In this document: one piece after another, positions 18,353 to 28,320 of the stretch | How positions within the stretch are numbered: the stretch's first letter is position 1 | How the letters are laid out: each line of letters begins with the position of its first letter | Origin: Candidatus Cloacimonadota bacterium | GTDB lineage: Bacteria > Cloacimonadota > Cloacimonadia > Cloacimonadales > Cloacimonadaceae | Length of the DNA stretch: 64,000 nt | Assembly: GCA_023392795.1 (NCBI GenBank) | Contig: JAEWNJ010000115.1 | Span: 10,952 to 74,951, forward strand | Reading direction: 5' to 3' | Notes under the pieces: model-generated | What the model was told of the DNA's origin: nothing | Databases searched by the model: none | The model's input: the letters and a program-made list of their open reading frames with translations, nothing else | Translations under genes and position numbers: made by a program

Positions 18353-19147
18353 GTGAAGCTTTTCAAAATCTACGCCGGGCATTATTGGTCGGATGGGGGA
18401 GCCCTGATGGGGGTTTTGCCATACGCGATCTGGAAGGATAAAATCGGTGTGGATGAACGCAGACGTCAGAAGATGGATCTGAATCTGCTGCTTATCGTAA
18501 GCGAAGAGCGGCGGATTCTGGTCGATACGGGTCTGGGCAACCGTCTCAGTGACAAGCAAAAGGAGATCTATCGTCCCAGTGACTTCGCTCTGCCTCTTGC
18601 CCTCGGTGAGCTCGGATATCGGGATATCGACATCACCGACGTGATCATGACTCACCTCCATTTTGACCATGCCGGCGGAATAGTAACCGGTTTTGGAGAT
18701 CGGGACACGCTTACATTTCCCCAGGCTACATATTGGATTCAGAAATCAGAATGGGAGATCGCCAAAGCCCCTGATGGTTTGAATCAGGCTGCCTACGCCT
18801 TTTCTCATCAGCTTTCACTGTTGGAAGAGCGGGGGAAGATAAACCTTATCGAGGGAGAAGTTCAAATAGCCCAGGGAGTTAGCTGCGTACTTTGCGGGGG
18901 ACATACGATCGGCTCGCAGTTTGTACAGGTAGATGCTGATAATGGACTGCACATATACGCCGGAGACATTATCCCCACCAAGTTTCACACGTCGCCAGCC
19001 ATCACATCGGCTTATGATGTATGCCGCAGAGATACCTTCAAGGCCAAAATGGACATCTACGGACGTTTAAAAGCGAAGGATGGTTATCTGCTCCTGGATC
19101 ACGATACCCGAGAATGGGAGATACCCATCTCACAACTCAGGGTGTAG
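18353..19147 (+). CDS. MBL-fold metallo-hydrolase
   Basis: GTG start directly after the jag stop. MTHLHFDHAGG metal-binding motif. Confidence 0.7.
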   Translation: MKLFKIYAGHYWSDGGALMGVLPYAIWKDKIGVDERRRQKMDLNLLLIVSEERRILVDTGLGNRLSDKQKEIYRPSDFALPLALGELGYRDIDITDVIMTHLHFDHAGGIVTGFGDRDTLTFPQATYWIQKSEWEIAKAPDGLNQAAYAFSHQLSLLEERGKINLIEGEVQIAQGVSCVLCGGHTIGSQFVQVDADNGLHIYAGDIIPTKFHTSPAITSAYDVCRRDTFKAKMDIYGRLKAKDGYLLLDHDTREWEIPISQLRV

Positions 19148-19154
19148 AAGTTAT

Positions 19155-19180
19155 TCGGGCCGTTTTTTTTACCGGCCCGA
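19155..19180. terminator. bidirectional terminator hairpin between convergent genes
   Basis: TCGGGCCG (19155-19162)/CGGCCCGA (19173-19180) with a T8-containing loop. Confidence 0.5.
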
Positions 19181-19190
19181 TCTTATATCA

Positions 19191-19844
19191 CTATTTCTTT
19201 AGCTTATCCTGAAGATCCTTGTACAACTGCTGCAGTTGATCATCGGAAAACTCTTCATCAAAGTGGCTGCCTTCTTCCTCAGAATCCAAGCTTAAAGCTG
19301 TGTCCAGCGCGGTCTTTGCTTCCTGGTAGCGTTCAAGCTTTGATAGTGCCATCGCATACCAGATGTAAGCGTCATAATGCTCCTCATTGGTCTCAATCGC
19401 CATTTCCAGTGATGTTATCGCTGCCGGGTAATCACCTGATTTGTACAGGGCTTCACCTTTATGACGCCAGGGGCAGGACCACTTGGGGCTTTCCTTGTTC
19501 AGCATATCATAGAGCCTGATTGCTTCCGCATACTTTTCCCTACCCAGGTACATATTGGCCAAACTGAAGCGTTCCGCTGGCTTGAGCTCTTTCTCCTGGC
19601 TCAGAGCCAGATCCATCAGACGTTTGGCTTCATAATCGGCAATATAAGCCAGGTTCAGCTTTGTCTGCATGGAAGATGAGCTATCCTTGTCCATCTGAGC
19701 GAGGTATTGAACAGCAGCGCCGAAGGTATCAGTGCCGGGGTTATCCAGATAGGCGCGAACCGGATTGGTATCGGCGGCAAAGATCATAGCACAGGCGCAG
19801 GCGATGAGGATGATCAGGTAACAACGTTTGATCATCATGCGCAC
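19191..19844 (-). CDS. secreted TPR-repeat protein
   Basis: Signal peptide MRMMIKRCYLIILIACACAMIFA. Several 34-aa TPR-like repeats (YAEAIRLYDML, GDYPAAITSLEMAIE, YQEAKTALDTAL). Confidence 0.6.
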   Translation of the reverse strand: MRMMIKRCYLIILIACACAMIFAADTNPVRAYLDNPGTDTFGAAVQYLAQMDKDSSSSMQTKLNLAYIADYEAKRLMDLALSQEKELKPAERFSLANMYLGREKYAEAIRLYDMLNKESPKWSCPWRHKGEALYKSGDYPAAITSLEMAIETNEEHYDAYIWYAMALSKLERYQEAKTALDTALSLDSEEEGSHFDEEFSDDQLQQLYKDLQDKLKK

Positions 19845-20126
19845 CTATTCGTAACGGCACAGATATGCGGTCTGCTCAGTTACCTTGAGCTGAAACTTGT
19901 TATTGGCAGGCACGATGAAAGTCTCATTGGCACCAAAGGTCTTCCACTGTGTAGCGCCTGGCAGCATCACTGTTAGAGCTCCTGAAACCACTGTCATGTA
20001 CTCCACTGTGGATGTTCCAAACTCATATTCACCGATATCCATCACGCCCACGGTTTGTCTGCCCAGGGCATTGTTCAGCGCGACAGACTTCACTTTTCCG
20101 TCGAAGTATTCATTGGATTGTAACAT
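19845..20126 (-). CDS. ppnP: pyrimidine/purine nucleoside phosphorylase PpnP (DUF1255)
   Basis: [16 protein letters not shown]-terminus typical of PpnP. The internal ATG 20126 is preceded by GAAGAGGA. The track start 20195 adds 23 unlikely residues. Confidence 0.7.
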   Translation of the reverse strand: MLQSNEYFDGKVKSVALNNALGRQTVGVMDIGEYEFGTSTVEYMTVVSGALTVMLPGATQWKTFGANETFIVPANNKFQLKVTEQTAYLCRYE

Positions 20127-20260
20127 GTTAAGTATCCTCTTCACTTTATATTTTGGATCTGGTGTCAGGCTAACAGACCATGGGATGGGGGTCAAGCAGA
20201 ATATTGTGGCAGAATGTACACAGCATCCTCAGGGAACCGCATCGATCGTCCATAAACTGC

Positions 20261-20288
20261 TTGACAATGTGCTGTGCTCAATTATACT
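20261..20288 (+). promoter_or_regulatory. candidate sigma70-type promoter for the lipoprotein/LruC gene pair
   Basis: TTGACA (20261-20266), 16-nt spacer, TATACT (20283-20288). Confidence 0.45.
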
Positions 20289-20397
20289 TACACCGATAAT
20301 AGGTAAATGGCGCTGTGTTTGAAGCAGATTGCATCTTAAGCAATTCTGCCTCCGGCACTGTGATAGATTACATGTTTTTAGTTAACAAGGAGACATC

Positions 20398-20760
20398 ATG
20401 AAGAGACTGCTTATCATTGCTCTCGGCCTTACGCTTCTGTTCCTGGCCGCCTGTAAAGATGACGTCGCCAAACTCACTCAGGTCGATGTGAGCGAATTGG
20501 ATATACCAGCAGATTTTAACTACGCTATGACTCACGACCTTAACCTCGATATACAGGGTTCCTGGCGCTTGCCGGTGTATCTGAAAACCACCGATGGCGA
20601 CTTGCTGTTCAAGGCTCAATTGAATCCCGCCACCGGGCTTTCCACCAAGCTCACCATTCCCACGACCACCAAGAAGGTCGTGCTGCAGTATCAGATGTAC
20701 TCGCTGACGATTGATGTCAGCTCCGGTTCTTTGACCAAAGATTTCCGGGTCGCCAGGTAG
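20398..20760 (+). CDS. small lipoprotein, unknown function
   Basis: Lipobox LFLAAC after a signal peptide. AAGGAGA precedes the ATG. Confidence 0.5.
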   Translation: MKRLLIIALGLTLLFLAACKDDVAKLTQVDVSELDIPADFNYAMTHDLNLDIQGSWRLPVYLKTTDGDLLFKAQLNPATGLSTKLTIPTTTKKVVLQYQMYSLTIDVSSGSLTKDFRVAR

Positions 20761-20766
20761 GGGGAG

Positions 20767-22503
20767 ATGATGAAAAGACTTCTCATTCTCAGTCTGATCC
20801 TATTCCTTGGTATTGGTCTTCATGCTCAGGGCACCATAGTGGTTTGGGGAAATCCTCATAAAAAAGTAGCAAACCATGTTCCCCCCGGAGACGATTTCAT
20901 CGAAATCGCCGGCGGTAACGATTTCGCTATAGCTCTGCGCAGCGACGGCTCCCTGGAAAGCTGGGGTAATAACAACACCGTTGTAAACAACACTCCTCCA
21001 GGAAACGACTTTATAGCGATTGCTGCGGGTGAATATCATGCCATCGCGCTAAAATCCAATGGCTCTGTAGTAGGTTGGGGGGGGAATGGCTACGGACAAA
21101 GCAATACTCCACCCCATAGTGATTTCGTTAAGATAGCTGCCGGGACCAGACACAATATTGGCTTACGGGCAAATGGTGAAGTGTATGCCTGGGGCGACAA
21201 TACTCATGGTAAATGTAACGTAACCCCCGGCAACTATATAGATATAGCTGGAGGTATCTCTTACAGCCTGGCGATCAAGAGCGACGGCTCCATCGTAGGC
21301 TGGGGGGGAGGTTGGAATGGAGAACTGAACGTACCGAGCGGCAATAACTTTGTTCAGATATCTGCCAAGTACCAACATGCTATTGCGCGTCGGGCGAATG
21401 GCACAATCGTAGCTTGGGGTAACAACACTGGCAGCCTGAATGTCCCTGCCGGTAACTATATTGACATGGCAGCAGGCTGGCAGGGTAATGTCGCCATCAA
21501 TACTGATGAAGAGCTGGTTGCCTGGGCTAACCTTTGGGTGTTGAAAACAATCCCGGCATGGGTGCAGGATTTGACGATTGTCAAAGTAGATGGTGGAAAC
21601 AGCTTCAATATCGGTCTTACCGGAGAGTTTACCAGCGATGACATCGATGGTGACGGTGTGGCCAATGGCATCGATGAATTCCCGGAAGATCCTCTGCGAG
21701 CTTATACACTGAAGTATCCTCTGGGATCGTCAACCGATTGGGGTACCCTGGCCTATGAGGATTTATGGCCTCGACAGGGAGATTATGAATTCAACGATCT
21801 TGTCCTGGGATATCAAATCAACTTAGTTTTGGATGCCGGGATGAAGGTGAAGGATATCAATGGCGATTTCTTGCTACGCGCAATCGGTGCAAACAAGAAG
21901 AATGCCTTTGCAATCGAGTTTCCCTTTGCCAGTACGGCTATTGAAACGATAACCAGTTCTGTCAACGGGTCATCCTATGACATGCCGTTAATTGCGGCAG
22001 GGGATCACGTGATCCTGAAAGTAATATCTTCAACCGTTGATTTTGTGGGTGTCCTGAGCAATGGCTTCTATTGGAATACTCAGCCTGATCATCCTAATCA
22101 CGATCCCATACCAATCAATTTCAAAATAACGTTGACTGATACATACGATCTAAACATCGCTCCCGCATGGGGACTCTGGAATCCTTACCTGATGGTAGGA
22201 GGGGATCCCGGGCATGAAATCCATTTACCGGGTTTTCCGCCCACAGTGCAAGCCGATCCTTCCCGTTTTGCCACCGAAGATGATACCACTGATCTGACTC
22301 AGGGGAGATACTACAAGACCATCGACAACCTTCCCTGGGCCTTGAACCTTCCCATTAGCTGGAAGTATCCGATTGAAGGCTCACCAATCACTAATGCCTA
22401 TATGGCCTTTGCGCCCTGGGCAGAAAGCAATGGAACACAGTATCAGGATTGGTATGAGATGATCCCCGGCAATATCAACGCTGACCTGATCTATAATCCT
22501 TGA
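20767..22503 (+). CDS. secreted RCC1-like repeat protein with Ca-binding DxDxDG linker and LruC-type C-terminal domain
   Basis: About five repeats of the G.NDF..IA.G..H.IAL...G....WG type. DIDGDGVANGIDEFPEDP. Then the GTLAYEDLWPRQGDYEFNDLVLGY motif recalled from LruC/DUF4842 domains. Confidence 0.6.
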   Translation: MMKRLLILSLILFLGIGLHAQGTIVVWGNPHKKVANHVPPGDDFIEIAGGNDFAIALRSDGSLESWGNNNTVVNNTPPGNDFIAIAAGEYHAIALKSNGSVVGWGGNGYGQSNTPPHSDFVKIAAGTRHNIGLRANGEVYAWGDNTHGKCNVTPGNYIDIAGGISYSLAIKSDGSIVGWGGGWNGELNVPSGNNFVQISAKYQHAIARRANGTIVAWGNNTGSLNVPAGNYIDMAAGWQGNVAINTDEELVAWANLWVLKTIPAWVQDLTIVKVDGGNSFNIGLTGEFTSDDIDGDGVANGIDEFPEDPLRAYTLKYPLGSSTDWGTLAYEDLWPRQGDYEFNDLVLGYQINLVLDAGMKVKDINGDFLLRAIGANKKNAFAIEFPFASTAIETITSSVNGSSYDMPLIAAGDHVILKVISSTVDFVGVLSNGFYWNTQPDHPNHDPIPINFKITLTDTYDLNIAPAWGLWNPYLMVGGDPGHEIHLPGFPPTVQADPSRFATEDDTTDLTQGRYYKTIDNLPWALNLPISWKYPIEGSPITNAYMAFAPWAESNGTQYQDWYEMIPGNINADLIYNP

Positions 22504-22525
22504 TCCATTTCTAGAACTTATAAAG

Positions 22526-22552
22526 CTCCGGATTGTTCGTCCGGAGTTTTTT
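22526..22552 (+). terminator. intrinsic terminator after the LruC-domain gene
   Basis: CTCCGGA/TCCGGAG stem with a 7-nt loop, followed by TTTTTT. Confidence 0.75.
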
Positions 22553-22602
22553 ATTCCATTACGCATCGGAGTACTCCGAGAGAAGTGAACCCTTTAGCAT
22601 AG

Positions 22603-22627
22603 AAAAAGCCGGCATTATGCCGGCTTT
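22603..22627 (-). terminator. intrinsic terminator after the small ACT-like gene (minus strand)
   Basis: GCCGGCA/TGCCGGC stem. On the minus strand it is followed by TTTTTCT. Confidence 0.7.
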
Positions 22628-22650
22628 CAAGACTATGGGGTAATAGCGCG

Positions 22651-22899
22651 CTACATCTCGATCATTTTTGCGTTTACAAACTCAATGGCATTGAGTTTGT
22701 CCAGCATCTGAGCGATGGTGGCGGCTTCACCTTCCACTTCCAGCACCACTAGACCGTCGTTGGCGCAGAATTCCCTGGAAACTTCATGCAGACCCAGGCG
22801 CACTTTGATGTTGCAGCCGTACTCTGTGAGGATTCCCTGAACTCTGGTAGCCTCGGTGGCGCGGTGGTCGATCTTGATTAGTACTACTTTGTATGTCAT
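22651..22899 (-). CDS. small ACT/NikR-C-like fold protein (TM1266-like putative regulator)
   Basis: 82 aa. The pattern VVLIKIDHRATEATRVQGILTEYGCNIKVRLGLHE resembles my recollection of the TM1266 family. Low certainty. Confidence 0.35.
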   Translation of the reverse strand: MTYKVVLIKIDHRATEATRVQGILTEYGCNIKVRLGLHEVSREFCANDGLVVLEVEGEAATIAQMLDKLNAIEFVNAKMIEM

Positions 22900-22920
22900 A
22901 TTGTTCCTCCTTGTCGGTTG

Positions 22921-24615
22921 CTATGCACCCGAGCTGTTTTTATTCTGTTGTTTCGCCCAGCTGTCCCGAAGGCTGCTGACGCGGTTAAAAATCGGTTCAT
23001 CGCTGTTATGATCGTAGTCGGGTGAAAAATAGCCCAGACGCAGGAATTGGAAGCTTTGCCCTTGTGTGGCTTCTGCCAGTGAGCTTTCGCCCAGGGCAGA
23101 CTTATTCACGATCAGGCTTTCCGGATTCAGGTAATCCAGATAGCTTTTCCCTTCTTCGATATCGCCAAGATCAGGAATGCTGAAGAGATGCTCATAGAGC
23201 CTTACTTCCAGCGGGATGGCGTGTTCCGCGGATACCCAATGCAGAGTACCTTTTACCTTGCGACCGTCGTCACTCCAGCCACCTCGGCTTTTGGGATCGT
23301 AACTGCAAATCAACTCGGTGATATTGCCACTATCATCCTTGATTACGTCTGTGCATGTGATGTAGTAGGCATGTTTTAACCTCACTTCCTTCCCGGGGGC
23401 GAGGCGGAACCAGCCCTTGGCTGGATTTTCGCTGAAATCATCCCGCTCTACGTATAATGTGCGGCTAAACATGATCTTGCGGCTTCCTGCACTGGGATCT
23501 TCAGGATTGTTCTCAGCCTCAAGTTCTTCACTGCCTTCAGGATAGTTGCTGATGGTCAGCTTCAAGGGATTGAGCACGGCCATGCGGCGGAGGGCTTTCT
23601 TGTTCAAATCCTCGCGTACGCAGAAATTGAGTAATTCATAGTCCACCATGGAATTGGCCTTTGCCACGCCGATGCGATCGGCAAAATCGCGGATGGCTTC
23701 AGGAGTGTATCCCCGGCGACGCATTCCAGCGATGGTGGGCATGCGGGGATCGTCCCATCCCTTCACATAGCCCTTCTTTACCAATTCCAGCAGCAGGCGT
23801 TTACTCATCACAGTATAGCTCAGGTTCAGACGCGCAAACTCTATTTGTTGAGGGTGACAGGGTACCGGCAGTTGATCCAAAAACCAGTCATACAAGGGAC
23901 GGTGGTCTTCAAATTCCAATGTGCATATACTGTGAGTGATCCCTTCCAAGGCGTCTGATACGCAATGGGTATAGTCATACATGGGATAAATCTGCCAGCT
24001 GTCTCCGGTGCGATGATGCTCGGTCTTTTTGATGCGGTAGATCACGGGGTCACGCATGTTCAGATTTGGACTCGCCATGTCTATCTTCGCGCGCAGGGAT
24101 TTGCTGCCATCGGGGAATTCTCCAGCTCGCATTCTGCGGAAAAGATCGAGATTCTCTGCCACGCTCCGGTTCCGATAAGGGCTTTCTTTGCCCGGTACAG
24201 TCAAGGTCCCGCGATACTCGCGCAATTCGTCCATACTCAGTTCGCACACAAAAGCTTTGCCATCCTGGATCAGTATTTCAGCAAATTCGTATAGCTTCTC
24301 AAAATAATCCGAGGCATAAAAGAGCTTGTCGTTCCAATCCCAGCCCAGCCAGCGGACGTCTTCCATGATGCTGTCCACGTACTCCAGATCTTCTTTTACG
24401 GGATTGGTATCGTCAAAACGTAGATGGCATCTACCCTGATAATCCCTGGCAATGCCAAAATTCAAACAGATGGATTTGGCGTGACCGATGTGCAGATAGC
24501 CATTGGGCTCAGGGGGAAAGCGGGTAACGATATAGTCATGCTTTCCACTTTCCAGATCTTTATCTATGATGTTGCGAATAAAGTTCGAAGTCTTCTCTTC
24601 GTTGGGCTTTTCCAT
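22921..24615 (-). CDS. glnS: glutamine--tRNA ligase
   Basis: [18 protein letters not shown] (HIGH) and VMSKR (KMSKS-type) motifs. ATG 24615 is preceded by AAGGA; the track start 24648 is a TTG. Confidence 0.9.
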   Translation of the reverse strand: MEKPNEEKTSNFIRNIIDKDLESGKHDYIVTRFPPEPNGYLHIGHAKSICLNFGIARDYQGRCHLRFDDTNPVKEDLEYVDSIMEDVRWLGWDWNDKLFYASDYFEKLYEFAEILIQDGKAFVCELSMDELREYRGTLTVPGKESPYRNRSVAENLDLFRRMRAGEFPDGSKSLRAKIDMASPNLNMRDPVIYRIKKTEHHRTGDSWQIYPMYDYTHCVSDALEGITHSICTLEFEDHRPLYDWFLDQLPVPCHPQQIEFARLNLSYTVMSKRLLLELVKKGYVKGWDDPRMPTIAGMRRRGYTPEAIRDFADRIGVAKANSMVDYELLNFCVREDLNKKALRRMAVLNPLKLTISNYPEGSEELEAENNPEDPSAGSRKIMFSRTLYVERDDFSENPAKGWFRLAPGKEVRLKHAYYITCTDVIKDDSGNITELICSYDPKSRGGWSDDGRKVKGTLHWVSAEHAIPLEVRLYEHLFSIPDLGDIEEGKSYLDYLNPESLIVNKSALGESSLAEATQGQSFQFLRLGYFSPDYDHNSDEPIFNRVSSLRDSWAKQQNKNSSGA

Positions 24616-24931
24616 TGCTGTTCCTTGATATTCTTCTTTTAAGGTCAAGTGTTTTGTCTGTCACATTCAAGTCAAGTGAAAAGACAGCCCGGGGAACTAG
24701 TATGACCTGGTTATGATATGTGTACAATATCCCCAGTGTGGATATTATACCCAGGTTTGAGAGGCTTATGGCCCTGGTCAGATATGGATTGAAGCATGGT
24801 TAATATCTTGACCTGTAATTAGATATACTGTCATCTGATACAATATAAAGATTTGGCTCGCAATCTGCGTACATTTGTGGTTCGACGGCATGGACGCATG
24901 TCAGCGTCCCAGCCGCTAAGAGAGGTTCACA

Positions 24932-25264
24932 ATGGCGATAAACAAGAAGACCATTATGCTGAATGAGAATATGGAGCCGTTCATTAAGAAGGATTATTTG
25001 GATCGTTCTTTTATCCATTCAGGTTTGTGCGCCTATTGTGCCCGTCGCGAGTCCTGTTCACTCAGCGGAAGCTTTGGCCTGATCTATGATTGTGATGAAT
25101 ATCTGCCCGGAGATGAGGCGAGCTGTGATCTCCACGTATCCCGCTTGAAAGAAGTGCCAGACACAGATGACTGCCATGGTCTATGTGTCCATTGTCAGAA
25201 TCGGGATTTTTGCTCTCTGAAGAACATCAATGGCGGTGTATGGCACTGCGAAGAATACATTTAA
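24932..25264 (+). CDS. small cysteine-rich protein with an internally duplicated Cys motif
   Basis: GLCAYCARRESCSL..x11..CDEY and GLCVHCQNRDFCSL..x11..CEEY. Followed by a strong terminator. Confidence 0.5.
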   Translation: MAINKKTIMLNENMEPFIKKDYLDRSFIHSGLCAYCARRESCSLSGSFGLIYDCDEYLPGDEASCDLHVSRLKEVPDTDDCHGLCVHCQNRDFCSLKNINGGVWHCEEYI

Positions 25265-25295
25265 CACACAATAACACATACCTCAACACACACAC

Positions 25296-25321
25296 AGGGG
25301 GCGCCCGCCCCCTACTTTTTT
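25296..25321 (+). terminator. intrinsic terminator
   Basis: AGGGGGC/GCCCCCT stem with a 4-nt loop, then ACTTTTTT. Confidence 0.8.
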
Positions 25322-26063
25322 GCCCAATTACCTCTTCTCTGGCATCCTGACCGCGGCAGGATGGACCTATCCGGTTGCTACCGTGAACATAGCATACTTT
25401 CATTGATGACTATCTACCCATGGTCTTTGCCGAATTGCAATACCGAATCGTTTGGATTGCCGTGGCGCTCACATCTGGCCCCCTTTTGACGGCGTTTATC
25501 ACTCTCTCATCAAGCTTCAATCAAGCCTTAACATTAAGGCTTGATTAGGACTTGGCTATCGCTTGATCAAGAGCCGGAAGAGGGAGGGGCAGTCCGCTGA
25601 CAATAGCCGGATTGGATAAAAGCAACATCATTTCCAGGATCTTTGTTCCACACCTCGCCAGCTACCACTCTTCATAAGCGCTGCCATGGACTTCTTTACA
25701 GCCTCTTACTAAGCTGCCTGTCCAGCCCGACACATTAGCCATGGACACCGGATATCAGGAGCGGGAGGCATGTGCTTCAGATCTCATCATCTCCGGTCGT
25801 CAATGACTTATGGTCAATTTTTTGTCCATTTGGCTATTTCATGTGTGTGCGGTACGCTAAGAGAATTGCTGTTAAAGAGATAGCTAAAACCTGGGTGATA
25901 TTGAAAACCTGCGAGTAATGTACCTAACATCTTGATCAATATCGCATTAAAAGCGAGTTCATGCCAATGTAATGGAAGTCCCGCCCACTTTGGGAAAGAA
26001 ATCAGTTGACGGAATCCGAAATGCTAAAAAACTTGGCGTAAAGAATAATCAACAGGGGTTATC

Positions 26064-27233
26064 ATGAGATTTGCCATAGAGAAAAAGGAACTTCTGCAGA
26101 GCATACAGCATCTTGTAAGCGTGGCTCCCACCAAAAACACATCTCCCATACTCACAAATTACCTGATCCAGGCATCAGCTGAGGAGAGTTCGGTCAAGAT
26201 CACCACATCTGATCTCGAAATCACTGTAGTTGTGGAGTTTAGCGCAGCAGTAAGCGAGAGTGGTTCTATTGCAGTATCCGCGCGTCATTTCAATGAGATC
26301 ATAAACTTCATGCCCGATGCCATGATCAATTTTTGGCGACATGATGAGCTGCTGGTGATCCAATGCAACAAGATTGATTTCAATCTGCTGATCGCGGATC
26401 CTACGCTGTTTCCGGTGGTGCCGGAAGTAAAGCTGGATAAAGCCATAAACCTTGACGCAAAGCTCTTTAACCGCATGATTTCCAAAACTCAGTTTGCCGT
26501 TTCCACCGATGTTAATCGCGCAGTTCTTACCGGTGTATGCTGGAAGATAATGCCGGATATGCATCTGATGGCGGCTACTGACGGTCGCAAGGTAGCTGAG
26601 ATTAAGATTTTGAATAGCAATATCTTGCCTACTGCTCCTGAGGGAGAAGGCGATGAAGTGAGCATCTTTGCCGATAGCCCCGAAAACGGAGTGGAAAAGA
26701 TCATTCCCGTGAAAACCCTCGCCTTCCTGCAAAAGATATTCGATGGCTCCGTCAGTGAGATCAAAGTGCTGATCGAGCGGAGTAAAGTGATCTTTAGTTA
26801 CGGGAAATATCTGGTTTTCTCCTCGGTGCTGGAGCACAAATATCCTGAATATCAAAAGGCTTTCATCAGTGACCTGCCAAATCAATTTACCATCGATAAG
26901 GAAACCCTGCGCAATGCCATTCGCCGCGTGGCGCTGGTAGCCCCGGATGAGAATATGCGCATCCGCTTTGAGCTGGATAGCGAGCAATTTGAAGTGAATA
27001 CATCAAACCGCGATACTGGGGAAGCGAAGGAAAATCTGGACGGTTACTCCTTTGCCGGCAATCATACTGGAGTATCCTTCAATTTCAAGTATATGCTGGG
27101 TATTCTGGAAGCCATCGACAGTGAGAAAGTGATCATCAAATTGGGCAGTTCGAAGGATCCCATGATGATCTACAACACCACGGACAGCGACACAGAAAAG
27201 ATCACCTTCCTGCTGATGCCATTGAGGTCATAA
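26064..27233 (+). CDS. dnaN: DNA polymerase III beta sliding clamp
   Basis: MRFAIEKKELLQSIQHLVSVAPTKNTSPILTNYLI N-terminus. Three-domain length of 389 aa. Followed by recF. Confidence 0.9.
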   Translation: MRFAIEKKELLQSIQHLVSVAPTKNTSPILTNYLIQASAEESSVKITTSDLEITVVVEFSAAVSESGSIAVSARHFNEIINFMPDAMINFWRHDELLVIQCNKIDFNLLIADPTLFPVVPEVKLDKAINLDAKLFNRMISKTQFAVSTDVNRAVLTGVCWKIMPDMHLMAATDGRKVAEIKILNSNILPTAPEGEGDEVSIFADSPENGVEKIIPVKTLAFLQKIFDGSVSEIKVLIERSKVIFSYGKYLVFSSVLEHKYPEYQKAFISDLPNQFTIDKETLRNAIRRVALVAPDENMRIRFELDSEQFEVNTSNRDTGEAKENLDGYSFAGNHTGVSFNFKYMLGILEAIDSEKVIIKLGSSKDPMMIYNTTDSDTEKITFLLMPLRS

Positions 27234-27246
27234 TCGGCATAGACGA

Positions 27247-28320
27247 TTGAATATCAATAGCATTGAGCTGCGAAACTTCCGAAGCTATCAGAAGCGCGCT
27301 TTCAGCTTTGTCCCTTCGGGAAATCTACTGATCGGACCCAATGGCAGCGGCAAGACCAATCTCCTGGAAGCAATCGCTTATACTTCCATCGGCAAGTCCA
27401 TCCGCTATCACAAAGACGAAGAATTGCTCACTAAGGGGGAGGATTTCTTTGCTCTTGAGGCTGTATATGCGCAGGATAGCGGAAATGCTCTGAAAGTGCA
27501 GCTGAGCTTTGATGGAACGCGAAAAAGCCTGAAGCTGGATACGGTGCTAAACCGGCAGCTTAGTTCCCTCCTCGGTATCGTGAAAGTGATCTATTCAGCT
27601 CCGGATGACATTCAATTGATCAATGGCTCGCCTCGAAATCGCCGTCAGTATTTTGATATGGCGGTCTCGCAGCTCTTCCCGGAATACTTGGGCACATTGC
27701 GGGCTTATCTGCATGTGGTGGAACAACGTAACGCTCTCTTGAAACAAAGCTTCAATGACGCTCAGATCACCAGTTGGGATCAAAGATATGCTCTTACCCT
27801 GGTGGATGTGTATGCGTATCGCAAGAAGTATCTGGACCTTTTGAATCAAGCGTTTCGGGAATCATACGCTAATATCTCGGATACCTATCTTGATCTGGCT
27901 GTAGAGTATCGCGCTGTGTTGAAAGATGGGCTCGAAACCACTGTGGAGCGCATTTTACAGAACCTATCCGAACTCAGATCACGCGAGAAGACCTGGCAGC
28001 GCTGCCTCACAGGGGCTCACCTGGACGATTACAGCTTCCGCTTTGGAGCACACGGCATGCGGGCTTTCGGATCCGGCGGGCAGAAACGCATCGCTGTCAT
28101 CATCCTCAAACTGGTGCAGGCCAGACTGATAGAAGAGCATACGCATATTCATCCAGTGATGCTTTTTGACGATATCTTTGCCGAATTGGATCATACCCAC
28201 AGCCTGAGAATAAAAGAGCTGTGCAACGATCGCTTTCAGAGCATTATAGCCGGTCCCAAAGACGATTTGAAGCAGATTTTCCAGGATTACCATGAAATCC
28301 GTCTGGGGTGCGAGCAATGA
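27247..28320 (+). CDS. recF: DNA replication and repair protein RecF
   Basis: TTG start. LRNFRSY, Walker A GPNGSGKTNLLEAI, signature GSGGQKR and Walker B MLFDDIFAELD. Confidence 0.9.
   Translation: MNINSIELRNFRSYQKRAFSFVPSGNLLIGPNGSGKTNLLEAIAYTSIGKSIRYHKDEELLTKGEDFFALEAVYAQDSGNALKVQLSFDGTRKSLKLDTVLNRQLSSLLGIVKVIYSAPDDIQLINGSPRNRRQYFDMAVSQLFPEYLGTLRAYLHVVEQRNALLKQSFNDAQITSWDQRYALTLVDVYAYRKKYLDLLNQAFRESYANISDTYLDLAVEYRAVLKDGLETTVERILQNLSELRSREKTWQRCLTGAHLDDYSFRFGAHGMRAFGSGGQKRIAVIILKLVQARLIEEHTHIHPVMLFDDIFAELDHTHSLRIKELCNDRFQSIIAGPKDDLKQIFQDYHEIRLGCEQ

Noticed and set aside
25584-25598. GAGGGGCAGTCCGC resembling the RNase P RNA P4 sequence GAGGAAAGTCCGGGC
   Set aside because: There are three mismatches at positions that are universally conserved. 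No matching 3' P4 strand or other conserved RNase P blocks were seen in the surrounding 700 bp.
24649-26063. Canonical oriC with clustered DnaA boxes next to dnaN
   Set aside because: There are only scattered 7-8/9 matches to TTATCCACA, with no cluster and no obvious AT-rich unwinding element. It is kept as a low-confidence finding, not as a feature.
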